DNA of 64,000 nt. Origin: a candidate division WWE3 bacterium. Lineage in GTDB: Bacteria; Patescibacteriota; WWE3; UBA101185; UBA10185. The translations under genes were made by a program, and so were the position numbers. Numbering within the stretch: the stretch's first letter is position 1; every line of letters starts with the position of its first letter. Location of the stretch: NCBI GenBank assembly GCA_012798115.1, contig JAAZNV010000009.1, positions 10,156-74,155 of the forward strand, read 5' to 3'. Below are positions 55,954 through 64,000 of this stretch, piece by piece. The notes under the pieces are model-generated. The model saw only the letters and a program-made list of their open reading frames with translations. It was not told the DNA's origin and searched no databases.

Positions 55954-56889
55954 ATGAAGAGACATGTACTTCAATCCCATCTTTGGGAGAAATTTAAAAA
56001 TGACTATGGAACACCAGCAGTAAGGGTTGGAAATGTAGTTTATACAAAACATAAGATACCATTTATCCCATACTTTTATGGTTACTGCCCAAGAGTAAAT
56101 CCTTTTGATATAAACTTTGATGATATTAAAAAATCTCTGAAGGAAAACTCATGTGTTGCTATTCATTTTGATGTTCCAAATGTTACTAAAGATGATTCTT
56201 CTGCTAGAGATGCAGAAAAAATACTTAAAGACAAATGTGTTTTATCCTCGAGAGTAGAGTTTGCAAAAGGTAATTTTCTTCTTGATTTAACTAAATCAGA
56301 AGAAGAAATACTTGCAAATATGCATAAGAAACATAGGTACAACATTAAAGTTGCACAAAAAAAGGGTGTTGTGGTGAGAGAAAGTACGGATGATAAGGAT
56401 TTTGATATTTTCTTTAATTTGTATGAGGAAACTGGAAAGAGGCAGAAGTTCTTTTCAAGGTCAAGAAATTACTTAAGTAAAGTATGGAGTACATTTAAAG
56501 AAGAAGGCATTGCTTATGTTTTAATTGCTGAATATGAAAGTAGACCCTTAGCTTCTTGGTTACTCATTATTTACGATGGTGTCTTATACTACCCATACGG
56601 AGGCTCTGCTCAAGAAGATAAAGGCGTACAAGCAAATTGCTTGTTGGGTTGGGAAGCAATAAAATTTGGAAAGAAAATGGGGTGCACTTTATTTGATATG
56701 TGGGGAGCATCTGAGGATATGAGTAATACAAGTGATCCATATTATGGTTTCTCCTTGTTTAAGCAAAAGTTTGGAGCAAGACATGTTACTTATATTCCAT
56801 CCTATGACTATGTAATTAATAGTTCAGTTTATAGATTGTTTACCATGGCAAATGATGCTAGGTGGAAGATTCTAAACATTTTAAAATGA
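55954..56889 (+). CDS. FemABX-family peptidoglycan bridge transferase
   Basis: 'LQSHLWEKFK', 'LDLTKSEEEIL..M....RYNI', 'FDMWG', 'FKQKFG'. Confidence 0.92.
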   Translation: MKRHVLQSHLWEKFKNDYGTPAVRVGNVVYTKHKIPFIPYFYGYCPRVNPFDINFDDIKKSLKENSCVAIHFDVPNVTKDDSSARDAEKILKDKCVLSSRVEFAKGNFLLDLTKSEEEILANMHKKHRYNIKVAQKKGVVVRESTDDKDFDIFFNLYEETGKRQKFFSRSRNYLSKVWSTFKEEGIAYVLIAEYESRPLASWLLIIYDGVLYYPYGGSAQEDKGVQANCLLGWEAIKFGKKMGCTLFDMWGASEDMSNTSDPYYGFSLFKQKFGARHVTYIPSYDYVINSSVYRLFTMANDARWKILNILK

Positions 56890-57788
56890 TCCCAGTTTCT
56901 GACATCAGACAATCTGATAAATGGGCATTGTATTTAAAAGGACTTGGATGGAGTTCTCATAGAACAACAAGGGGAATTTGTGTTGAATATATAAAAACAA
57001 TACTTGGAACCATGGTCAAGATTCAACACCCTATTCCTCTAACATTAGAAGATCTTAAAGAAATAGAGGATTTTTGTGTTAAACAAAAGGCGTTGTTTAT
57101 TAAGATAGAACCATTTGTTGGGCAGGATGTTAGTATCTTAGAAAGATCTGGCTACAAGAAGAATTTCTATCCACTTTCACCTCCATCAACAATATATATA
57201 GATTTAACTAAGTCGGAGGAAGATCTTTGGGATAATCTTTCTCATAGTGCAAGATACTCAATTAGAAGAGCTCAAAGGGAGGGGACAGTTACTAGGTTTT
57301 ATCAAAATCCTCTGCCAGAGAAGGTGCCTGATTACTTTGAAATGTTAAAAAGTACAGCAAGAAGGAAGCACTTTTATGTTCAACCGCTTAAAGATTTTCT
57401 AGCAAAAATAAAAATTTTTGGGAAGGATTGTCATCTCGTTTTATCTTATGATAGCAATGGAAAATTACTTAGCGGCAAGTTTTATCTTTGCCATGGGGAT
57501 ATGGTCTTGTATTCTACAGGTGGAACTTCAAAAGAAGGTTTAAAAACAAAAGCAGGATATGAGCTTTTATGGAGATCTATTTTATATTTTAAAGGCTTGG
57601 GATATAAGGTTTTTGACTTAGAAGGAAAAGATGATAGTAGATTTGAATCTATTACAAAAAATTGGGGAGGGTTTAGCCATTTCAAGGAAAAATTTAACGG
57701 GGAAGAAATAGAATTTCCATATCCTTATGTTAAGTACCTTAATCCTCTCTTAAAGTTTGCCTCTAAATTTGGTAATTTACCTTTTTAG
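56886..57788 (+). CDS. Second FemABX-family transferase
   Basis: 'IDLTKSEEDLW...ARYSIRRA', 'FDLEG', 'FKEKF'; ATGA overlap at 56886. Confidence 0.9.
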   Translation: MIPVSDIRQSDKWALYLKGLGWSSHRTTRGICVEYIKTILGTMVKIQHPIPLTLEDLKEIEDFCVKQKALFIKIEPFVGQDVSILERSGYKKNFYPLSPPSTIYIDLTKSEEDLWDNLSHSARYSIRRAQREGTVTRFYQNPLPEKVPDYFEMLKSTARRKHFYVQPLKDFLAKIKIFGKDCHLVLSYDSNGKLLSGKFYLCHGDMVLYSTGGTSKEGLKTKAGYELLWRSILYFKGLGYKVFDLEGKDDSRFESITKNWGGFSHFKEKFNGEEIEFPYPYVKYLNPLLKFASKFGNLPF

Positions 57789-57819
57789 CTTTTCGTTTTC
57801 ACTTCACTACTAGAATTCA

Positions 57820-60711
57820 TTAACCCTTTTCTGCAAAAGGACATATACCCTTATAATCACACCAAGTGCAATGTTTCCCTGGATTAGCCTCAAACTCTCC
57901 TTTTTTTATTCCCTTAACAACCTCTTTTATTTTTTCCTTCTCAGCTTCTATCTGCTTGTCTGTTCTTTTTGTTGATATCTTTTCTCCGGTTTCTACGTAA
58001 TAAAGAACTAAGTCTTTTGGATTTAAATTCAAAGCTTCCTTTACAGCCATTGCGTAAATAGTCATTTGAGCATCTTGGTTTGCTTCTTTTTGGCTTTTCT
58101 CGTTTCCTGTTTTGTAATCAATAATTTCTATATCTCCACTTGGAAGTTCATCTATCCTGTCTATTTTTCCAAATAGTTTTATCCCATCTATTTTTAAATT
58201 AAATGACTTCTCAATACCTAAATGTTTAACGTCCAAGTTCTTATTCTTGTTGTAGTAGTCCTCTAAAAGTTTAATACCGCTTTCAAATCTTAATTTCCTA
58301 TGCTTTTCATCAATATAACCTAATGGATTCCAATTCTTTTCGTAAATATCTAAAAGCTGATCGATAGAAATGTCTTTCCCAAACATTTTTTGGGTGTGAA
58401 ATTCCTTTAAAGTTTCATGAATAGTGTTTCCAAAACTTAAAGAATGATTTGGAGCTGTTGGTATTTTTAAAACATAAGAATATTTATATCTCAAAGGACA
58501 TATTAAGTAATTGTCTACTTGAGAGTAGCTGATAAAATCAGGGGCGAAACCTGTAAGCTTTTTGACTTTAGGTTCTCTAAAACCTGTTCCTACTGCAAAT
58601 AAAGTAGACTGCTCCTCTTTTTTTCTAATACTGTCTACTTTTACTTCCTTAATGCTTAATTCTGTTTCTTCAAGGAACCCACTAGGCGTGGTTTCTCTTT
58701 TACCTCCGTAATCCTTTCCTAAAGTCATAAAAAGATACTTTTTTGCTCTTGTCATACCAACATAAAACAATCGTCTTTCTTCTTGTATATGCTCATCTCC
58801 AATTGGAAGAGTTTCTTTTATTAGATCGTCTGGTAGTTCTATTAAATCCCCCTTGTTTCTTGTTGGAAATCTTCCTGAGACAAGGTTTATTATGAAAACA
58901 ACAGGGAACTCCAGTCCTTTTGCAGAATGAACGGTAAGTAAATTAATTGTGTCAACATCTTCTACTTCTGCTTGAGCTGGGTTTTCGCCAGCTTCAATTA
59001 CAAGATCAATATAGTCTACAAAATCAATAAGGGTTGGCATTTCTTTTGTTTCTGAATGAAAGTCCACTTCAAATTTTTGTATTTTATTTAAAAACAAATT
59101 CAAATTTTTTATACTTAGTTCATTTTCAATAGTTTCTTCTTCTAGAAAATGATTAATGTAGCCAATTGAATTTACTAAGTTGTATACAATTTCAGTAGGG
59201 GATGATTTAGTAAGATTATTTTGAAATTCCAGTATCAAGCTTTTAATACGCTCAACATTCTCATCTTTTGACTCTTTGACTTGAGTCCATAAATCTGTTT
59301 TTTTAAATCTTGTTTGCGATAAAAGTTTTGATATTTCTTCATAAGAAATGTTTAAAGAATCTATATTTAATACCCTGTATAGGCTTGTACCATCTGTGGG
59401 GTCAACAATGGCCTTTAGAAGGGCCAAAATGTCCCTTATTTCCTCTCTATCATATAATCCTCTGTTTCCTACTAGTTGATAAGGAAGATTATGTTTTCGA
59501 AGAGCCATGAAAATCGGATCAAGATGGTTATTTGCTCTTGCTAGTATGGCAAAATCCTTGTATGTATATTGAGGTTCCTTAGCTAGTATTTCTAGTATTT
59601 TTGAAATAATAAACTCAACTTCATCCTCAAGGGTTTCTGTTTGAATTATCTCTGGAGTAATTCCCTTTTCTTTAGTTTCACTTTTTAGTTCTTTTGAGAT
59701 TCCTAACTTTGACTCCAAAGTATCTGGGTTGTTATTCTTGATTAGTTTATATGCAGGATCTAGAATTTTTTGAGAAGATCTGTAATTCTTAAGAAGAGTT
59801 ACCATTGTTGAATCTTTAAAGTCTTCCATAAATTGAAGAATATTTGAAACAGCAGCTCCCCTAAATTTATATATTGATTGGGAGTCATCCCCAACTACTA
59901 GAAGACTTCTTTCTTGATAATCATTGCTTCTTCTAGTGTTTTTATTAGGGAAGAGAAGTTTTATTAATTCATATTGAGCATAATTTGTATCTTGAAACTC
60001 ATCTACAAGTATGTGTTTGAACTGCTCTTGATATTTTTTTAAAATATTTGGTCTTTCTTTGAATAGTTTTATTGTCCACGTTATTAAATCTCCAAAGTCT
60101 AGCTTTGAATTTTGTATTTTTAATTGTTCATATCTTTCGTAAATATAGACAAGCTCCTCCCATCTTTGTTTTTCTTCATCGTCCTCCCTATTCTTGTTTG
60201 ATTTGATTACAAATTCACTGAACTCCTTGGAGGATATATTCTCATCTTGGAGTCTGGATATGAATTTAATTATTGCTGATATGAACTTAGTGGGGTTTCC
60301 TAATGGTCTAAAATATCTTAAATCAAATTCAAAAATGTTCTTTCTAAACAATAACCACTGGTCTGAAGGAGAAAGTATTTTATATGATGGGTCAAGACCA
60401 ATCTCTAATCCTTCTGCTTTTAAAATTCGATCTGCAAATGAATGAAAAGTATATACCCATGGTTCCTCATACCCTAATGGCATTATGTCTCCAATTCTTA
60501 AAATCATCTCTTGTGATGCTTTTTCAGTGAATGTTAAAGCTAGTATTTCTTGTGGTTTTACTTTTTTATCTTGAATTAAGTATCTTATTCTTTCTGTTAT
60601 TACTCTTGTTTTACCTGTTCCGGCTCCAGCAACTACTAGGATAGGCCCTGATTTGTGCTTTATTGCTTTAATTTGGTCTTCGTTAAGTTGTGTTTTTGTA
60701 TCTTTGGACAC
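57820..60711 (-). CDS. UvrD-family helicase fused to PD-(D/E)XK nuclease with Fe-S-type Cys
   Basis: 'AGAGTGKT', 'VDEFQD', 'GKIDRID...IIDYKTG', C-PLRY...CTWCDYKGIC. Confidence 0.9.
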   Translation of the reverse strand: MSKDTKTQLNEDQIKAIKHKSGPILVVAGAGTGKTRVITERIRYLIQDKKVKPQEILALTFTEKASQEMILRIGDIMPLGYEEPWVYTFHSFADRILKAEGLEIGLDPSYKILSPSDQWLLFRKNIFEFDLRYFRPLGNPTKFISAIIKFISRLQDENISSKEFSEFVIKSNKNREDDEEKQRWEELVYIYERYEQLKIQNSKLDFGDLITWTIKLFKERPNILKKYQEQFKHILVDEFQDTNYAQYELIKLLFPNKNTRRSNDYQERSLLVVGDDSQSIYKFRGAAVSNILQFMEDFKDSTMVTLLKNYRSSQKILDPAYKLIKNNNPDTLESKLGISKELKSETKEKGITPEIIQTETLEDEVEFIISKILEILAKEPQYTYKDFAILARANNHLDPIFMALRKHNLPYQLVGNRGLYDREEIRDILALLKAIVDPTDGTSLYRVLNIDSLNISYEEISKLLSQTRFKKTDLWTQVKESKDENVERIKSLILEFQNNLTKSSPTEIVYNLVNSIGYINHFLEEETIENELSIKNLNLFLNKIQKFEVDFHSETKEMPTLIDFVDYIDLVIEAGENPAQAEVEDVDTINLLTVHSAKGLEFPVVFIINLVSGRFPTRNKGDLIELPDDLIKETLPIGDEHIQEERRLFYVGMTRAKKYLFMTLGKDYGGKRETTPSGFLEETELSIKEVKVDSIRKKEEQSTLFAVGTGFREPKVKKLTGFAPDFISYSQVDNYLICPLRYKYSYVLKIPTAPNHSLSFGNTIHETLKEFHTQKMFGKDISIDQLLDIYEKNWNPLGYIDEKHRKLRFESGIKLLEDYYNKNKNLDVKHLGIEKSFNLKIDGIKLFGKIDRIDELPSGDIEIIDYKTGNEKSQKEANQDAQMTIYAMAVKEALNLNPKDLVLYYVETGEKISTKRTDKQIEAEKEKIKEVVKGIKKGEFEANPGKHCTWCDYKGICPFAEKG

Positions 60712-60905
60712 TGGTTGTATTATAAACGATTAAGGTTCTTCTTAGAAAAAACAAACAGATTTTGTATTTTATTTACAAAGGCTTTGGTTATCCCATGTTG
60801 TAGTTGGCAGTATGTTTAAGCATACACCAAACTTAAGTTCTTTCCTTAATTGAATCGAAGTATTCATTAGGGTTATAATGACGTTCCAACACGAAGGAGG
60901 GAAGA

Positions 60906-61010
60906 ATGAGTAATTTTAGTCCAATAATTTATTTTGTTCTTTTCGTTGTGGTAGTTCTGATTGGTCTTTTCTGCATAGCTGGTTTCTATGGTAAGTCTAA
61001 CGGTAAGTAG
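60906..61010 (+). CDS. 34-aa single-TM peptide (not in ORF track)
   Basis: MSNFSPIIYFVLFVVVVLIGLFCIAGFYGKSNGK; TTGAAT-N18-TATAAT, AAGGAGG SD, downstream hairpin 61040-61069. Confidence 0.7.
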   Translation: MSNFSPIIYFVLFVVVVLIGLFCIAGFYGKSNGK

Positions 61011-61050
61011 GGGAAGTGATTAAGTTTATTGTTCACACTAAAGCCCTTCT

Positions 61051-62100
61051 TTATTCCAGGAGGGGCTTTTCTTTCTCTGGTTCTATTGCTTGAACTTTTT
61101 CTATCTTTCCAAATAGTCTAGTGAATTTATTTTTAACCCCATCCATAGATTTATATGTATTTGATATATGCCTTCCAAGAACATCTAGTTCTTCATTAAA
61201 CTTTTGAGCATCTACTTTTATTCCAGCTAGAGATTTTAATATCTTATCTGCATGTTTTTGAAGCTCGTGTTGTTGATAGGCAACTAGAAGTACTTTTAAG
61301 AAGTAAGTTAAAGTGTTTGGAGATGCTAGTATTATATTTTTAGCTTTTGAATATTCTTCTATTTCTGGTGTGTTTACAACAAGTTCGTAATATACATTTT
61401 CTGATGGAACATACATTATTGCCTGATCTGTGGTCTTTTCTTCTGGGAGAATATATTTACTTGATATTTCTTCTATCCTTTTTTTGACGTCTGATACAAA
61501 TACTTTCTTAAACCTATCCCTTTCTGCTTGTGTCTCTGCGGTTATCATTGCTTTAAAGTTTTCCATTGGAAACTTGGAATCTATTGGGATAATTCCTCTG
61601 TCTGTGAAGACTACAGCATCACAAGCATTACCGTCTTTAAACTTATATTGTGTTTTGTATAAGTCTTTAGGTAGGAAGTTTTCTAGTATTTCATATAAAA
61701 ATTGTTCACCAAGACCACCTCTTAGCTTTGGGGATTTTAAAATATTGCTTAAATCCTTCATATCTGTACCAAATTCTTGTATTCCACCCAACTGTTTTTG
61801 TACTTCTCTAATTACATCTGATGATTTTTCTAGTCTCTCAGATATGAATTTTGTTTGTTGGCTTAATGTATCTCTTTGATTTTTCATTTGTTCTTCCATA
61901 CTTGTTCTTTGATCTTTTAGCTGTCTTTCCATAACTTCTGTGTTTTTCTCTACTGACCCCTTCATTTCTTTCAGCCATTCCATAAGGACAGTGTCTTCTG
62001 TTTTTTGAGACCTTTTGATTTGCTGGATTATGAAATAACCAATGGATATTAAAGAACCAACGGTTAAGAAGATTATTAATACTATCGTTTGAGAAGTCAT
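61051..62100 (-). CDS. rmuC: DNA recombination protein RmuC
   Basis: TM + coiled coil; 'PKLRGGLGE', 'IPIDSKFP', 'KYI.PE..T...MYVPSE'. Confidence 0.93.
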   Translation of the reverse strand: MTSQTIVLIIFLTVGSLISIGYFIIQQIKRSQKTEDTVLMEWLKEMKGSVEKNTEVMERQLKDQRTSMEEQMKNQRDTLSQQTKFISERLEKSSDVIREVQKQLGGIQEFGTDMKDLSNILKSPKLRGGLGEQFLYEILENFLPKDLYKTQYKFKDGNACDAVVFTDRGIIPIDSKFPMENFKAMITAETQAERDRFKKVFVSDVKKRIEEISSKYILPEEKTTDQAIMYVPSENVYYELVVNTPEIEEYSKAKNIILASPNTLTYFLKVLLVAYQQHELQKHADKILKSLAGIKVDAQKFNEELDVLGRHISNTYKSMDGVKNKFTRLFGKIEKVQAIEPEKEKPLLE

Positions 62101-62126
62101 TGTTATCATTCTAGCACAGGAAAGAA

Positions 62127-62160
62127 AAATACCGTCTGAGTATTGTCATCGACGGTATTT
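62127..62160 (-). terminator. Terminator of orphan 62168-62401
   Basis: 10-bp stem AAATACCGTC/GACGGTATTT followed by a T-run on the minus strand. Confidence 0.75.
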
Positions 62161-62167
62161 GTTGTGT

Positions 62168-62401
62168 TTATCTTTTTGTTTTTGCTATTTCGTAAAATTT
62201 GCCTAAAGCTTGTGAGCTTAGTTTTTGGACTTTTTCTTCAAGTACAGTTCCTTTAACTGTGGACTCAACAGATGTAATTAAATCTTGTATTAAAAGGCAC
62301 TCTCCTTGAGTTTTAGCTGTGTTAAGTGCCCTTTCAATTTCCTTGATTATATCTTCTACACTATACTCTCCCTGTTCCTTAGAGACTTTTGTTCTATTCA
62401 T
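62168..62401 (-). CDS. Orphan 77-aa helical protein
   Basis: TTGATT-N17-TATAAT and AAGGAGG SD. Confidence 0.75.
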   Translation of the reverse strand: MNRTKVSKEQGEYSVEDIIKEIERALNTAKTQGECLLIQDLITSVESTVKGTVLEEKVQKLSSQALGKFYEIAKTKR

Positions 62402-62462
62402 TTCTCCTCCTTATCTATTGTTTTGATAGGATTATATAAACAAGGAATGATAAAATCAATTT

Positions 62463-62825
62463 ATGCCTAAGTTTATTAAGTTTGTTGGTGTTTTAACTAT
62501 ACTTTTGTGGTCTTTGCTTATAACTTTAGTTTTTACCACTCTCCCTAATTCTTATACAAACATATTTATGTTTTTGGTTGTTTTGTTTTTGTGTTTAGGG
62601 TTTACTTTATCCTTACCTTTTTATTTTATTTACACAAAGAAGCTTCCAAATTTTATTAACTTGAAGTTACTCTATAGAAAAGGGTTAAAGTGGGGGGTGT
62701 TTATTAGCTTTGGGGTCGTGTGCTTCCTCTTTCTTAAAGCTTTAAATCTAATTAATCTACTTAATATTGGTCTGCTTCTCCTTTTCTACATTGGTATCTT
62801 CTTTCAAATAAAGGGTAAAAGGTAA
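62463..62825 (+). CDS. Four-TM hypothetical protein
   Basis: Hydrophobic 120 aa; TGATAAAAT 6 nt before ATG. Confidence 0.7.
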   Translation: MPKFIKFVGVLTILLWSLLITLVFTTLPNSYTNIFMFLVVLFLCLGFTLSLPFYFIYTKKLPNFINLKLLYRKGLKWGVFISFGVVCFLFLKALNLINLLNIGLLLLFYIGIFFQIKGKR

Positions 62826-62879
62826 ATATCTTTGATTGTGTTTATTACCTCTAAGTAGCATAAATGTTAAAATTCTCCT

Positions 62880-64000
62880 GTGAAGAAGAAAATATTAATT
62901 ACAACAGCAATAGATTACGTAAATGATGTAATTCATATTGGTCATGCTTATCAAAAAATATTAGCTGATTGTATAGCTAGGTACCAAAGACTAAGAAGAG
63001 GAGAAAACAACGTATTTTTTGTAACTGGCACCGATGAACATGGTCAAAAGGTATTTAACGTAGCTAAAGAAAAAGGAATTGATGTTAAACAGTTTGTAGA
63101 TGAAATATCCAAAAAAGATCAAGAGCAGCAAGACTCTTTGAACATATCATATGATAGATTTATTAGAACTACGGATGAAGACCATAAAAGGATAGCAACT
63201 GAATTCTTTAAAAAAGTTTATGATGCAGGATATATATACAAGGGAACATATAAAGGACTTTATTGTGAAGGATGTGAAGAATACAAAACAGAAAAGGAAC
63301 TAGTTGATGGAAGATGCACCCTTCATCCTAATGGAGAAATACAGATTGTTGAAGAAGAAAACTACTTCTTTAAGTTCTCTGAATTTAGAGCTTTCCTTAA
63401 AGATTTATTTGATAAGAACAGTGATTTTGTGTTGCCAAAGCAACGTTTTAACGATATGTATTCTTTAGTGGATAAGGTGGAAGATATACCTGTAACCAGA
63501 AGAAAAGAGAAACTTCCATGGGGTATTGAATGTCCAATAGATAGTAATCATGTTCTATGGGTGTGGTTTGATGCTCTTGTTAACTACTTAACGTTTGGAT
63601 TGCAGAAAAACTGCTGGGATAGTGATACTCAAATAGTTCATTTCCTAGGAAAAGACAATGCAAGAATGCATGCACTTTTATGGCCCTCAATGCTAAAAGC
63701 CGCTGGTTATGAAATTCCATCGAATGTTTATGTAAATGCATTCTTGAGTTTGAATGGTAAAAAGATTAGCAAAAGTTTAGGAAATGTAGTTAGTCCTAAA
63801 GAATTAGTAGAGAAGTATGGGGTAGATCCTGTTAGGTACTACTTCTTAAGATATGGGCCTATTGTTGAGGATAGTGATTTCTCCGAAGAACACTTTAAAA
63901 GTGTGTACAATGGAGATCTTGCAAATGGTCTTGGAAACACAGTATCTAGGCTTTTTAAGCTTTCTGACAGAGCTAAAATGTCATTCACTGTCAATAAGAC
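62880..64000 (+). CDS. metG: Methionine--tRNA ligase (3' truncated by window edge)
   Basis: GTG start; 'ITTAIDYVN..IHIGHAY', 'GTDEHGQK', 'KISKSLGN'. Confidence 0.95.
   Translation, partial: MKKKILITTAIDYVNDVIHIGHAYQKILADCIARYQRLRRGENNVFFVTGTDEHGQKVFNVAKEKGIDVKQFVDEISKKDQEQQDSLNISYDRFIRTTDEDHKRIATEFFKKVYDAGYIYKGTYKGLYCEGCEEYKTEKELVDGRCTLHPNGEIQIVEEENYFFKFSEFRAFLKDLFDKNSDFVLPKQRFNDMYSLVDKVEDIPVTRRKEKLPWGIECPIDSNHVLWVWFDALVNYLTFGLQKNCWDSDTQIVHFLGKDNARMHALLWPSMLKAAGYEIPSNVYVNAFLSLNGKKISKSLGNVVSPKELVEKYGVDPVRYYFLRYGPIVEDSDFSEEHFKSVYNGDLANGLGNTVSRLFKLSDRAKMSFTVNK

Noticed and set aside
1-64000. tRNA, rRNA, IS elements, reverse transcriptase, stop-codon reassignment
   Set aside because: None recognisable; long ORFs are intact under the standard bacterial code, with TGA used as stop.

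Overview
AT-rich chromosomal segment, about one-third GC by eye. Gene content and minimised enzymes point to a Patescibacteria/CPR genome, probably WWE3/Microgenomates-like; this taxonomy is inference. Bases 1-10.7 kb hold a CPR-type surface/T4SS-like locus: a VirB6-like protein, four VirB2/TrbC-type pilins (one carrying defensin- and knottin-spaced Cys modules) and three putative wall-lytic proteins. The rest is mostly housekeeping: rplY, valS, proS, tsaD, dnaA with a clear oriC, a VirD4-like ATPase/FtsA-like/baseplate-J-like/ruvX cluster, hrcA-grpE-dnaK, lepA, murJ, rpsT, pilN/O-like genes, sortase, holA, an LCP protein, a glycolytic cluster with a half-size AOR/GOR-like protein, a D,D-carboxypeptidase, two UvrD-family helicases, rsmA, two FemABX genes, rmuC and a partial metG. 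The main surprises are: (1) a probable remote DGR target gene with an A-depleted 3' end and a downstream hairpin; (2) about 20 apparently leaderless core genes, contrasting with about 8 self-contained promoter+SD+hairpin orphan cassettes; (3) an identical 85-bp hairpin repeat punctuating two diverged paralogues; (4) a promoter-driven structured ncRNA candidate; (5) an unannotated 34-aa membrane peptide. No tRNA, rRNA, CRISPR array, transposase, integrase or reverse transcriptase was seen.
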